Source: a virus
DNA length: 64,000 nt
Direction: 5' to 3' (one strand)
IMG/VR virus record: IMGVR_UViG_3300017917_001194
Coordinates: 22,397 to 86,396 of that record
The notes beneath the pieces are model-generated. The model was not told the DNA's origin. It saw only the letters and a list, made by a program, of their open reading frames with translations, and ran no database searches. Made by a program: the position numbers and the translations under genes. This document shows, in pieces, positions 1-8,628 of this stretch (its first letter is position 1; every line of letters starts with the position of its first letter).

Positions 1-228
1 AGGAAGATTAGTCATAGCGGTTTTATAATCGTATGTCCATCCGCGATCCATGTCCCATATAGGTTCGCGATTAGATAAACTAGCCCACATGTTTTCTTGT
101 TCCATGGTGCTACGACTTAGTGGTTGCCATTCAGCACGATCATATAAGTTGTAACTGATGGCCTGCGGTAAAAGTTTTTCGTCGTAATCCTTCTCACGGA
201 TTAACACTTGTCGTCTAAGGATTTTCAT
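1..228 (-). CDS. hypothetical protein, partial (runs off window)
   Basis: ATG at 228 overlapping the stop of 225..473; open frame MKILRRQVLIREKDYDEK... to the window edge. Confidence 0.55.
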   Translation of the reverse strand, partial: MKILRRQVLIREKDYDEKLLPQAISYNLYDRAEWQPLSRSTMEQENMWASLSNREPIWDMDRGWTYDYKTAMTNLP

Positions 229-473
229 TTATGTTTTAGATAATCAAATACATCGCCGTACTCATAGAACCCGCCACCTGGACTCGTATGATACCTGCGA
301 TAGACAGTTTGGCTGGGCCAATACCACTTACCCCGAACACGCTTGGGTAGACGTAATCTGTATGGTTGCCATGCCTGTTCTATCTTGATACGTTGTTCCA
401 TCTCCGCAAAATCTTTTTCCATTTTAGCAATTATACGATTGATGGTATTAGCACGTTTTTGACTTATGTTCAT
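225..473 (-). CDS. hypothetical phage protein (PxRxxGKWxW-type small protein)
   Basis: ORF track; LPKRVRGKWYW segment resembles FWPRRCYKTKRWLW in 30501..30746. Confidence 0.65.
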   Translation of the reverse strand: MNISQKRANTINRIIAKMEKDFAEMEQRIKIEQAWQPYRLRLPKRVRGKWYWPSQTVYRRYHTSPGGGFYEYGDVFDYLKHK

Positions 474-766
474 TGTTCAGTAATATACTTTAATTGAAAC
501 CAACTTTGTGTCGCTTGGTTGAAAAAATCTAAATGTATCTGATCTTCATAGTGATATCGATGATCAAATTCAGATACCAGTGCGTCATCGTGTACATTAA
601 ATGGAACTAATCCTTTGTGGCGTCTAACAGTAAATCCAAGTTCGCGTTTCATCTTCCACGTGATCATAATACTAGGACCATAGTCTCTTATTAACTGTCG
701 GCTTATGCTCTCCCACTCACGAGGCTTGTGAAATATAATTAAGTTTTTCTTAACGGTTATCTTCAC
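470..766 (-). CDS. small protein, FxL(K/R)W-terminal paralog family
   Basis: C-terminus FFNQATQSWFQLKY; ATGA-coupled. Confidence 0.7.
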   Translation of the reverse strand: MKITVKKNLIIFHKPREWESISRQLIRDYGPSIMITWKMKRELGFTVRRHKGLVPFNVHDDALVSEFDHRYHYEDQIHLDFFNQATQSWFQLKYITEQ

Positions 767-1045
767 TTACAGTTCTTTGGCTTGTAGTTTCAACCAGGTT
801 ATAATTTTTGGATCACATTTCTTGTGTACATCGCGTCCGTGCTCGCGAACTAATAGAATACCATTGGCATTTTCTAACCAAACGCGACTGGCCATTTGAA
901 AGCAGGCATTGTGTAAAATCTTTTGACCAGTGCCATCAAGTTCTTCGGGGTGATATCCACGCTGAAAGGCATAACGCACAGGTTCGTTAAACAATTTAGT
1001 TCCTTGCGGAAATTCGTAGTAGTAATCAATCATTTTGTTTTCCAC
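767..1045 (-). CDS. small hypothetical protein (divergent member of the array)
   Basis: C-terminus DPKIITWLKLQA. Confidence 0.65.
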   Translation of the reverse strand: MENKMIDYYYEFPQGTKLFNEPVRYAFQRGYHPEELDGTGQKILHNACFQMASRVWLENANGILLVREHGRDVHKKCDPKIITWLKLQAKEL

Positions 1046-1314
1046 TTTAATGAGAACATTGTAGCATCTTTTGCTTCTTCAAACAACCATTTACCCAGAT
1101 GTTCTTGATGTTGACCTGTACAGTTTTGGTCTACCCAGTTCTTAACCTCCATCCAGGTTTGAGTATCATCGCCATCTCCACGATAGTAATCAACTTCAAC
1201 CACAGCCCAGCCGACTCGTATCATAACATCGCATAGAACATCAAAGTCCATAGTGTGTTGCATTTCTTCAGCTAGCTCATCTACAATAACGCCTTCTAGT
1301 TCTCTTCCGTTCAT
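1030..1314 (-). CDS. small protein, FxL(K/R)W-terminal paralog family
   Basis: start moved to ATG at 1314 (MNGRE; ATGA overlap); C-terminus FEEAKDATMFSLKW. Confidence 0.7.
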   Translation of the reverse strand: MNGRELEGVIVDELAEEMQHTMDFDVLCDVMIRVGWAVVEVDYYRGDGDDTQTWMEVKNWVDQNCTGQHQEHLGKWLFEEAKDATMFSLKWKTK

Positions 1315-1538
1315 ACGCACCTCAGAGCAAATTCCACAGCCTTGGCTCGATCTTTGAAGAAGTAGTAATATCCATCTTCGGTGAACGTACAATACGCCCA
1401 CTCACCTTTTGGTACATGGTCCCAACACCAAGCGGTTTGTGACAGCAACTTATTATATCCAGCGTTAACCATGTGAGGGAAGGACTCGAGATACACATCA
1501 ATCACTCGATTCATTCTGGCTCGTTCTTTTCTACTCAT
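1311..1538 (-). CDS. small protein, FxL(K/R)W-terminal paralog family
   Basis: C-terminus FKDRAKAVEFALRCV. Confidence 0.7.
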   Translation of the reverse strand: MSRKERARMNRVIDVYLESFPHMVNAGYNKLLSQTAWCWDHVPKGEWAYCTFTEDGYYYFFKDRAKAVEFALRCV

Positions 1539-1732
1539 TGTGCCCATTTTAACCTAAACCAAGTAGCATCGCGTTCTTCTGTAAACAACACTGAGATAGA
1601 TTTATTCCTACCACGCACACCTAGGTGTAAAAAACTTGCTAACTGTTGAGCATCTAACGAAATCTCACCGCGTCTATCCCACGCACGATCTCCCGTAAGG
1701 TCAACTCTATAAGCACCAGTAGTCATGACCAC
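1535..1732 (-). CDS. small protein, FxL(K/R)W-terminal paralog family
   Basis: C-terminus FTEERDATWFRLKW. Confidence 0.7.
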   Translation of the reverse strand: MVMTTGAYRVDLTGDRAWDRRGEISLDAQQLASFLHLGVRGRNKSISVLFTEERDATWFRLKWAQ

Positions 1733-1947
1733 CTTAATTTAAACACTACAGCATCCTGCTCGTGAGCAAAGTGATAGATGTTTTCTGCCCATTTAGCAGT
1801 AACACACCAAGGATGATCTTCGTCAACTTGATCTCTGTGTGGAGCAAGAGCACCTACATTATCCAATAACCAACAATGAATGACTTCTTCAGTTTGAACC
1901 ACACGCTCAATCATATGCAATGGTAAACTAACTTCTGCTCGAATCAT
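1723..1947 (-). CDS. small protein, FxL(K/R)W-terminal paralog family
   Basis: C-terminus FAHEQDAVVFKLRWS. Confidence 0.7.
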   Translation of the reverse strand: MIRAEVSLPLHMIERVVQTEEVIHCWLLDNVGALAPHRDQVDEDHPWCVTAKWAENIYHFAHEQDAVVFKLRWS

Positions 1948-2159
1948 GCAAATCTCAACAAGAATCCTGTGTACTTCTTTTCATCTACAACTTTGATAAA
2001 CATTTCTCCATGCTCTATACCCCATTGTTCCAGCAACCATTCGCGGTATCCTTCTGGGTAACTCTGCATGGGAGTGTCGAACTCTCGACCATAAAAGTCA
2101 ATAGCACGTTGTACAGCGTCCCAATTGATCACTCTTTTATCCATCATCATTATAGTCAT
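1944..2159 (-). CDS. small protein, FxL(K/R)W-terminal paralog family
   Basis: C-terminus VDEKKYTGFLLRFA. Confidence 0.7.
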   Translation of the reverse strand: MTIMMMDKRVINWDAVQRAIDFYGREFDTPMQSYPEGYREWLLEQWGIEHGEMFIKVVDEKKYTGFLLRFA

Positions 2160-2380
2160 CCAAACCTCAACATAAAAGCAGTATAGTCAGCATCGTCAGG
2201 GAACTCAATCCAGAACTTGGTATCTTCCCAAAAGTACTTTCGATGACTCATATGGTGTAATCCAAAGTGCTCACGCCACAATGCACCCATGATTTTAGGA
2301 GTAACGGGTTCCATAGACATTATGACTTGGCTGGCACGATTGTATGCTTCACCTAGTTGTTCTCTAGTGGTTTTGACCAT
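2156..2380 (-). CDS. small protein, FxL(K/R)W-terminal paralog family
   Basis: C-terminus FPDDADYTAFMLRFG. Confidence 0.7.
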   Translation of the reverse strand: MVKTTREQLGEAYNRASQVIMSMEPVTPKIMGALWREHFGLHHMSHRKYFWEDTKFWIEFPDDADYTAFMLRFG

Positions 2381-2708
2381 TTGGAAAGCTCAACATAAAC
2401 CAGTTTAGTGTAGCATCATCGGCAATATACAATCTATACTCTGAATACTTGATTGAGTATGCCCATGCTTTATTGTGTTCAGCAACTTCTTTATCACGTG
2501 TGGCCTTAATAATCTCGGCACGTGTTTCTACATCCTGGCTCCAACCAAATTTCTCGTTGAACCAACGACGGCATTGATCGAATTCCAATACTCCTGTGCG
2601 TAGCATAATTCGTCTAATATCAGGTCGTTGACGTTTAAACTCAACCATCCACGCAAAGTCACTGTGCCAAGCATGTCGTTTATCAAGTTTAGTTACAGTA
2701 TAGTTCAT
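2364..2708 (-). CDS. hypothetical protein, close paralog of 3117..3455
   Basis: shares TKLD.RH.WH, GVLEFD..RRWFNEKFGWSQDVETRA and DDATLNWF.LS. Confidence 0.75.
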   Translation of the reverse strand: MNYTVTKLDKRHAWHSDFAWMVEFKRQRPDIRRIMLRTGVLEFDQCRRWFNEKFGWSQDVETRAEIIKATRDKEVAEHNKAWAYSIKYSEYRLYIADDATLNWFMLSFPNGQNH

Positions 2709-2932
2709 TCTAATCCCCACTTCATAACGAACGCTAGGTAATCCTTTTCCTTATGAAACTGATAGTACACAGGATTCCAACCGGACCAACAATACCTGCG
2801 ACCCTTGCCTTTGCGTCCGTAGTTCTTGATCAACCAATCGGCACGTTGCTCGTCTACGAACCAATCGTCACCTGATAACGATACATAATATTTCCAGTAT
2901 CTCCGCGAGTAACGTTTTTGTTTAGAGTTCAT
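2705..2932 (-). CDS. small protein, FxL(K/R)W-terminal paralog family
   Basis: C-terminus FHKEKDYLAFVMKW. Confidence 0.7.
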   Translation of the reverse strand: MNSKQKRYSRRYWKYYVSLSGDDWFVDEQRADWLIKNYGRKGKGRRYCWSGWNPVYYQFHKEKDYLAFVMKWGLE

Positions 2933-3120
2933 GCCCACCTCAAAGCAAACATTATAGCATCATCTACCAATTCAAATCTAGCACGACGTGTAGCGGTGCC
3001 AGGAGGGCCATAGATATTATAGTTGCCCTTGCAGTTATCTCTGCACCACTGATGTAGGGCTTCGATATCTTTGTATCGTGTGACACGAGCAGTAACTTCA
3101 GTCCAAGGTTGATTGATCAT
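2929..3120 (-). CDS. small protein, FxL(K/R)W-terminal paralog family
   Basis: HQWCRDNC motif; C-terminus FELVDDAIMFALRWA. Confidence 0.7.
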   Translation of the reverse strand: MINQPWTEVTARVTRYKDIEALHQWCRDNCKGNYNIYGPPGTATRRARFELVDDAIMFALRWA

Positions 3121-3455
3121 TTGTCCACCTTTGGATGACTTAGAACAAACCAATTGAGTGTGGCATCATCGTGTACATAAATTCTATAATCGTTGTACTT
3201 GATTGAATAGGCCCAAGCAGTATTAAACGCTTCTGGTAATTTGTCAAGTGGTGCTGATTTGATTATACTAGCACGAGTTTCTACATCCTGGCTCCACCCA
3301 AACTTTTCATTAAACCAACGACGACTCCGATCAAACTCTAGCACTCCAGTAGTGGTGTGTGGTGCATTGATGCGACTTTTCTTAAACTCAATCATCCACT
3401 TAAATGACTGGTGCCACGAGTGTCTGTGATCTAACTTGGTTATTTCATAGTTCAT
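3117..3455 (-). CDS. hypothetical protein, close paralog of 2364..2708
   Basis: see paralog; DNA-level similarity also visible. Confidence 0.75.
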   Translation of the reverse strand: MNYEITKLDHRHSWHQSFKWMIEFKKSRINAPHTTTGVLEFDRSRRWFNEKFGWSQDVETRASIIKSAPLDKLPEAFNTAWAYSIKYNDYRIYVHDDATLNWFVLSHPKVDK

Positions 3456-3456
3456 G

Positions 3457-3711
3457 TTATGACCATTTTAATTGCAACATCGTCATAATATCTTGTCGTC
3501 TGATTTGATATTGGTGATTGCCCATATTATGATATTGCTTACCAGACCAGTTTCTTTCCCATGGTGTTAACCCGGATGCCGGAGTGCGTTGTTCGGCACC
3601 AAATGTTTGAGTAAGCCACTCATATAAATCGTCGGACTTATCATCAACTGCTACAGTCCAATGAGGATGATTATATCCGTTTCTGTGTTTTTGTATATAT
3701 TTGATTTTCAT
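3457..3711 (-). CDS. small protein, FxL(K/R)W-terminal paralog family
   Basis: EWLTQTFG motif; C-terminus RQDIMTMLQLKWS. Confidence 0.7.
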   Translation of the reverse strand: MKIKYIQKHRNGYNHPHWTVAVDDKSDDLYEWLTQTFGAEQRTPASGLTPWERNWSGKQYHNMGNHQYQIRRQDIMTMLQLKWS

Positions 3712-3792
3712 GATTACCCTTAGATCAAAAGGAAGGAGGGCAGTGCGAACACAGCCCTGTGAATCTTAATACACCACCCTCCTATAAGCTAC

Positions 3793-4878
3793 TTAGGCGC
3801 TTGCCTGTAAAATGTACTTGCCGTAGCGTTGGTGGAACTCGTCAAAGTTCTTCAACTTAGTAGGCTGGAATGGAAGATTATAGGTTGTCAAAGCAATCCT
3901 TGCCCCCATCACAACCAACTCAGTTTCAAAGTTCTTCATCATGTAAGCAAAGAATCTATCTGCCATTTCATGGAACTTCTTGTCCTCAACCTTCTTCTCT
4001 ACAGCACCTTTCAACTCATAGCACATAGAAATCACTAGCGAATACATAGCTGACACTTCCTTGACATCCAAGCTGTCAGTTTTACCTGACAAGATGTCTT
4101 CTGGCTTGGGCATACGTCCAGCAATCTTGCGGTGTGCCATAAATTTAACAGCAAGGCCTTCACCTACAGTACCTGCGATCAAGTTCATTGTGGTGTCATC
4201 ATCGTGATCTTCGTCCTCTAACAACTGGCTCACGAATGTCCATGAACGTGGTGTGGCAAAAGCACGTGACGCTGACTTGGCATCAAAATCATACAAGTCT
4301 TGCTTGGCGAAGCTCAAGTAACCTACTACGTCCTTGTGGATTTTGTTTTGTACAGCCCACTCTTGCCAGCTAGGGAAGTCCACACGCATTTCCTGGTGAA
4401 CAAAGCGGTTGGCAAGTGGTGTTGGCATACGGAATGTTACACCTTTGTCCGACTCTCTGTTACCTGCGGCAACCAAAACTACATTGTCTGGCAATGTATA
4501 TTTGCCGATACGACGGTTCAAGATCAACTGATAAGCGGCGGCCTGAACTGAAGGTGCGGCAGAGTTCATCTCATCCAAGAATAGCACAACAATAGGATAC
4601 TGACTAGCTAGTTCTTGACTTGGCAAGTCGATAGGCTCGGCCCAGTCCATCTTACCCAAGTCCTTATTGTAGTAAGGAATACCACGGATATCGGTGGGCT
4701 CCATCTGACCTAGACGCAAGTCAATCATATAACCACCTAGTTCTTGGGTGATACCCTCAACTAGTTCTGACTTACCAATTCCTGGAGGACCCCAAAGGAA
4801 CAATGGGCGTTTGGCTTTAAATGCTTTGAGCAAACTTTTGCGAGCTTGCGAACTTGTAACTGTTCTTGATTCTGACAT
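3793..4878 (-). CDS. MoxR-family AAA+ ATPase
   Basis: Walker A GPPGIGKS, Walker B LFLDE, AAGN, LANRF arginine finger, TPRSW. Confidence 0.9.
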   Translation of the reverse strand: MSESRTVTSSQARKSLLKAFKAKRPLFLWGPPGIGKSELVEGITQELGGYMIDLRLGQMEPTDIRGIPYYNKDLGKMDWAEPIDLPSQELASQYPIVVLFLDEMNSAAPSVQAAAYQLILNRRIGKYTLPDNVVLVAAGNRESDKGVTFRMPTPLANRFVHQEMRVDFPSWQEWAVQNKIHKDVVGYLSFAKQDLYDFDAKSASRAFATPRSWTFVSQLLEDEDHDDDTTMNLIAGTVGEGLAVKFMAHRKIAGRMPKPEDILSGKTDSLDVKEVSAMYSLVISMCYELKGAVEKKVEDKKFHEMADRFFAYMMKNFETELVVMGARIALTTYNLPFQPTKLKNFDEFHQRYGKYILQASA

Positions 4879-4923
4879 GGCTGTGTCCTTTATTTAAAAG
4901 TTAATAACGATACTACAAATACT

Positions 4924-4952
4924 ATTATAACGATACTGCCTTTACTGGTCAA
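4924..4952 (-). promoter_or_regulatory. sigma70-type promoter
   Basis: TTGACC-N17-TATAAT upstream of the MoxR gene. Confidence 0.75.
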
Positions 4953-5200
4953 TCCCAGGATTTCTTATCTCCATACTGTTCATTATAATCGTAACCTGCT
5001 TGATACTCGGCAACTTCTTCTGGGGTGAGTTCAATTACTGCTTCACCTCGATAAGTACCATAGGGATACCAATGGGCATTGGCTGGACGACCGTAATAAC
5101 TGTCAGCCGCACCACGATCATATAAACTACCATGACGCTTGCGATCAAACTGATCACCACGTAGAGCGTTGAATACTTGTTCTTTTTCTGATAACATCAT
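4949..5200 (-). CDS. hypothetical phage protein
   Basis: ORF with AAGGAG RBS; RHGSLYDRGAADSYY motif. Confidence 0.7.
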   Translation of the reverse strand: MMLSEKEQVFNALRGDQFDRKRHGSLYDRGAADSYYGRPANAHWYPYGTYRGEAVIELTPEEVAEYQAGYDYNEQYGDKKSWD

Positions 5201-5206
5201 TGCTCC

Positions 5207-5452
5207 TTAACTGTTTACAGTTTCGAATGGGCTGGTAGTTTCAACCACACCAAAATCCGCTTCAACTTGATCTTGGTCAACTAATAGTGTTGACACAAGT
5301 TCATCTCTCCAACGCAATCTAATAGGTTGATCAAGCAGAATGGTGTATTGAACTGCACCACCTAGTTTAACACGACTGTCAACTACTACACCAACCACAC
5401 GATCACCGTGATAGTTAGCACGAATTGTTGATCCATCTTTAGTCCAGCTCAT
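5207..5452 (-). CDS. hypothetical protein
   Basis: ORF with AAGGAG RBS downstream of a promoter. Confidence 0.7.
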   Translation of the reverse strand: MSWTKDGSTIRANYHGDRVVGVVVDSRVKLGGAVQYTILLDQPIRLRWRDELVSTLLVDQDQVEADFGVVETTSPFETVNS

Positions 5453-5481
5453 CTTAACTCCTTATTATTAACTATACTAAT

Positions 5482-5510
5482 ATTGTAACAAAAGGCGAGA
5501 TTCTGGTCAA
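5482..5510 (-). promoter_or_regulatory. sigma70-type promoter
   Basis: TTGACC-N17-TACAAT. Confidence 0.7.
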
Positions 5511-5516
5511 GTGTGC

Positions 5517-5565
5517 TAAGTCATTGATTTTATTAAAGAAAAACCCCTTAAGAATCAAGGGGTTA
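5517..5565. promoter_or_regulatory. pair of inverted IHF-consensus sites
   Basis: AATCAAtgacTTA (minus, 5517..5529) and AATCAAggggTTA (plus, 5553..5565) match WATCAANNNNTTR. Confidence 0.5.
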
Positions 5566-5571
5566 TAAGTG

Positions 5572-6135
5572 TTACATACAAGGACCGTTGCCGTTCCTGA
5601 ATCCAACTGTGCCACCTTCTTCTTGAATACGCTTGATTACGTCTTCAAACAAGATGGGTGCAAAGTCGGGAGTTTGTTCTACACAAACACAATGGTACCG
5701 TAAATCTATAGCACCATCTTTCATTACACGAGCACCGTGCAAGTGACCATGAATGTTTACACCAAATCTACCCAACGACGCATCGTGGATAGGAATGTGT
5801 GATAAGATCATTCCGTTCATCACATGGTAAGCACGAAGTTCTCTAAAGTATTGACGATAGTCATCATCTCTAAAGATATCGTGGTTGCCACGGATTAACA
5901 CTTTGTCACCATTCAAACGTGCCAATGTAGTCAAAGCTCTGCGGTTAATAACCACATCGCCTAAATGGTACACTTTGTCCTTTGGACCTACACGCTCGTT
6001 CCATGCCTTGACCATAGCTTCATCCATTTCTGCTGGATCATCCCATGGACGCATTTTAGACCCGTCTGCGTTGGTAAAGCGGCACACGCCTGCATGACCA
6101 AAGTGCGTGTCGCTAACTAAAAATACTGCTGGCAT
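5572..6135 (-). CDS. calcineurin-like metallophosphoesterase
   Basis: SDTHFGH, HLGD, GNHD, SH, HGHLH motifs. Confidence 0.9.
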   Translation of the reverse strand: MPAVFLVSDTHFGHAGVCRFTNADGSKMRPWDDPAEMDEAMVKAWNERVGPKDKVYHLGDVVINRRALTTLARLNGDKVLIRGNHDIFRDDDYRQYFRELRAYHVMNGMILSHIPIHDASLGRFGVNIHGHLHGARVMKDGAIDLRYHCVCVEQTPDFAPILFEDVIKRIQEEGGTVGFRNGNGPCM

Positions 6136-6162
6136 TGTGCCCTCCTTTCTGATTAATATATA

Positions 6163-6191
6163 ATTATAACAGACTAGGAGATTTTGGTCAA
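6163..6191 (-). promoter_or_regulatory. sigma70-type promoter
   Basis: TTGACC-N17-TATAAT. Confidence 0.7.
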
Positions 6192-6196
6192 CCGTT

Positions 6197-6628
6197 TTAC
6201 TCGGGGAAAATCCTACCTGTTACACTCATTCTAAACTGGCCCTTCTCTACACCCTGAACATCATGGTACCGATCAGCTTCGAGTATGTGCCACCGACCCG
6301 GCTCAATAACATATGAGTGCGTAAGGGTCGTTTGATCATCCTCATAAAAATTAGTAGAGACATTGCCTCCGCCGGTTTTTAATAGATAGACCAGTTTTAT
6401 TTTTGTTCCAACGTCCTTATGTTGAGGTAAATCTCCACCTATGATTTGAAATCCCCAATACATCTCTTTAGAGATATTTTCTTTGCACCAGGCATTTATT
6501 TCTTGATTAAATGAATCAGTCCACGCATAATCAGCATGTTTTACTTTAAATTTATAATCTTCTGCTTGGTTTGGCAGTTGACTAATAATATCATCTGGTA
6601 TAGGCGGAAGATTAATATAACGAATCAT
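6197..6628 (-). CDS. putative 2OG-Fe(II)/cupin-fold protein
   Basis: HxD (HKD) plus distal H (YHDV) and R. Confidence 0.55.
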   Translation of the reverse strand: MIRYINLPPIPDDIISQLPNQAEDYKFKVKHADYAWTDSFNQEINAWCKENISKEMYWGFQIIGGDLPQHKDVGTKIKLVYLLKTGGGNVSTNFYEDDQTTLTHSYVIEPGRWHILEADRYHDVQGVEKGQFRMSVTGRIFPE

Positions 6629-6792
6629 CTACCTCGACCTGCGGCCTTTTTCATAGGCTTACCAGCACCAACTGGGGGTGCTGTTTTCTTTTTTGATGAC
6701 TTGTCATCTTTAATACCATCTTCGTTTTCTAGATGGTGTTTACCTTGCTTCTTAGCCAATGCGGCCTTAAGTGTGTCGGTTAGTTTGCTCAT
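6625..6792 (-). CDS. small basic hypothetical protein (55 aa, not in ORF track)
   Basis: MSKLTDTLKAALAKKQG...KKAAGRGR; coupled to neighbours by overlapping stop/start. Confidence 0.6.
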   Translation of the reverse strand: MSKLTDTLKAALAKKQGKHHLENEDGIKDDKSSKKKTAPPVGAGKPMKKAAGRGR

Positions 6793-6953
6793 TAGTTAGA
6801 CTTCTCCTTCGAACGGCGAGGTTGTTGTTGAGACGCATATTCAGCGTCAACTAAGGCTTTCTTCCATGCACCACGTTGATGTGAATTTTTGATAATAGCC
6901 AAAGCTCGTTTAGCTTCTTTACTTAGTTTAAATGCGCCTGTTGTTTTTGCCAT
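6792..6953 (-). CDS. small basic hypothetical protein (53 aa, not in ORF track)
   Basis: MAKTTGAFKLSKEAKRALA...; AGGAG RBS. Confidence 0.6.
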   Translation of the reverse strand: MAKTTGAFKLSKEAKRALAIIKNSHQRGAWKKALVDAEYASQQQPRRSKEKSN

Positions 6954-7035
6954 TTTATTCTCCTAATTAAATATGTTAGTATCATTATAGCACAAAAAAT
7001 CACAAAAGCAACTCAGACTGGATAACTATTTACTT

Positions 7036-8628
7036 ATGTTTGACAATTCCAAACCAAACGTTATTATTCTCGCAGATTTAACCGATGTGGTCACAATGAG
7101 TAAAACACTCGGGCCATATAAGGTAGCTAATGAGTTGCGTCGTGCTGGGTTTGAATGTATGGTATTACAACATATTCATACCATGGATTTTGAAGAGTTA
7201 AAATATCTGTTAAGCAATCTAATATCAGATCAAACTTTATTTGTTGGGATCAACACAATGTTCTATCAGGACATTGATGGGGTCGTTAAATCGCCAACCG
7301 AACCTATGTATTATAAAGAAGCACATCCTGGTGCTATGTTACCACACGGGTACAAATATAATCAAGAATTTAAAAATTTTGTTAAACTGTGCAACCCTAA
7401 TACAAAAATAGTATTAGGAGGATCCAAGTCAGTTGATGCTAGTTGGAATAAAGATTATGATTATCTAGTATTTGGGTATGCTGATGTATCAATTGTTGAA
7501 CTTGCTAGATATCTTCAAAATCCTCAAGGAAAACTTAATAAATCTTATCGAAGCATTCATGGCCCTGTTGTTTTAGACGATAGTCGTGCTGAAACATATG
7601 ATTTTAATAATACCCCTATGGGGTATGTTGACCACGATATTATACTTCCAGGAGAAACATTAAACATTGAGATAGCCCGAGGTTGTATATTTAGATGTAC
7701 TTTTTGTAGTTATCCGTTGAATGGTAAGAAGAAGTTGGATTTTATTAAACACGAAGAAATACTATATAATGAATTTATAGATAACTACCGACAATGGGGA
7801 ACAACACGTTATATTTTTTCTGATGACACGTTTAATGACAGCGCAGAAAAAATTGAGATGATTTGGCGTATTAGCAGACGTTTACCATTTGATCTTGAGT
7901 TTTGGGCATTTGTTCGACTAGACTTGTTATCCGCACATATTGACTTAACAGACAAACTTTTTGAAAGTGGGCTTCGCGGATGCTTTTTTGGAATTGAAAC
8001 CATGAATGAAAAATCGGCCCGCTCTATAGGTAAAGGTGGTAGTCGCGAAAAACAAATTGATACCTTAAAATACATTAAGGATAAATGGGGCGATAAAGTT
8101 ATATTATCAGCCGGATTTATACTTGGACTACCATATGAAGATCTTAACAGTATGAATTTAACAATTAATACGTTAGTAAGTAGACAAATACCGCTAGACC
8201 ATTGGAGTTTTTTTCCGTTAGTTATCCGGGGTGATATAACACAGCACAGTAGCAATTATCACAGTGAACTAGATAAAAATTATACAAAATACGGGTATCG
8301 TAAAATTGGAGTTGACGGAATTTTTCTTGATTGGGAAAATGATTATACAAATTATAAAGAAATACTCCAATTATCTAAATGGGCCAATGAAATCTCAACA
8401 GAACGCGGCATTCGTACAATAGATTCATACCAAGCATTTAGTATTGCCGGTTTGGGTTTTGATTTAGATTTTACAAGAATCAGATCTAATAATGAAATTG
8501 ATTGGCATAAAATTTTCTTAACCAAGCAACAACGTGCTTTAGAGTATAAAAATAAAATATACTCTATTCAAAATATCAAACCTTATTATAGCAAATCTAA
8601 GTTCAGTTGGACTTGGTCTGGAGTGTAA
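7036..8628 (+). CDS. B12-binding-type radical SAM protein
   Basis: ARGCIFRCTFC CxxxCxxC motif, DDTF, GIET, GLPYE; N-terminal cobalamin-binding-like domain. Confidence 0.85.
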   Translation: MFDNSKPNVIILADLTDVVTMSKTLGPYKVANELRRAGFECMVLQHIHTMDFEELKYLLSNLISDQTLFVGINTMFYQDIDGVVKSPTEPMYYKEAHPGAMLPHGYKYNQEFKNFVKLCNPNTKIVLGGSKSVDASWNKDYDYLVFGYADVSIVELARYLQNPQGKLNKSYRSIHGPVVLDDSRAETYDFNNTPMGYVDHDIILPGETLNIEIARGCIFRCTFCSYPLNGKKKLDFIKHEEILYNEFIDNYRQWGTTRYIFSDDTFNDSAEKIEMIWRISRRLPFDLEFWAFVRLDLLSAHIDLTDKLFESGLRGCFFGIETMNEKSARSIGKGGSREKQIDTLKYIKDKWGDKVILSAGFILGLPYEDLNSMNLTINTLVSRQIPLDHWSFFPLVIRGDITQHSSNYHSELDKNYTKYGYRKIGVDGIFLDWENDYTNYKEILQLSKWANEISTERGIRTIDSYQAFSIAGLGFDLDFTRIRSNNEIDWHKIFLTKQQRALEYKNKIYSIQNIKPYYSKSKFSWTWSGV

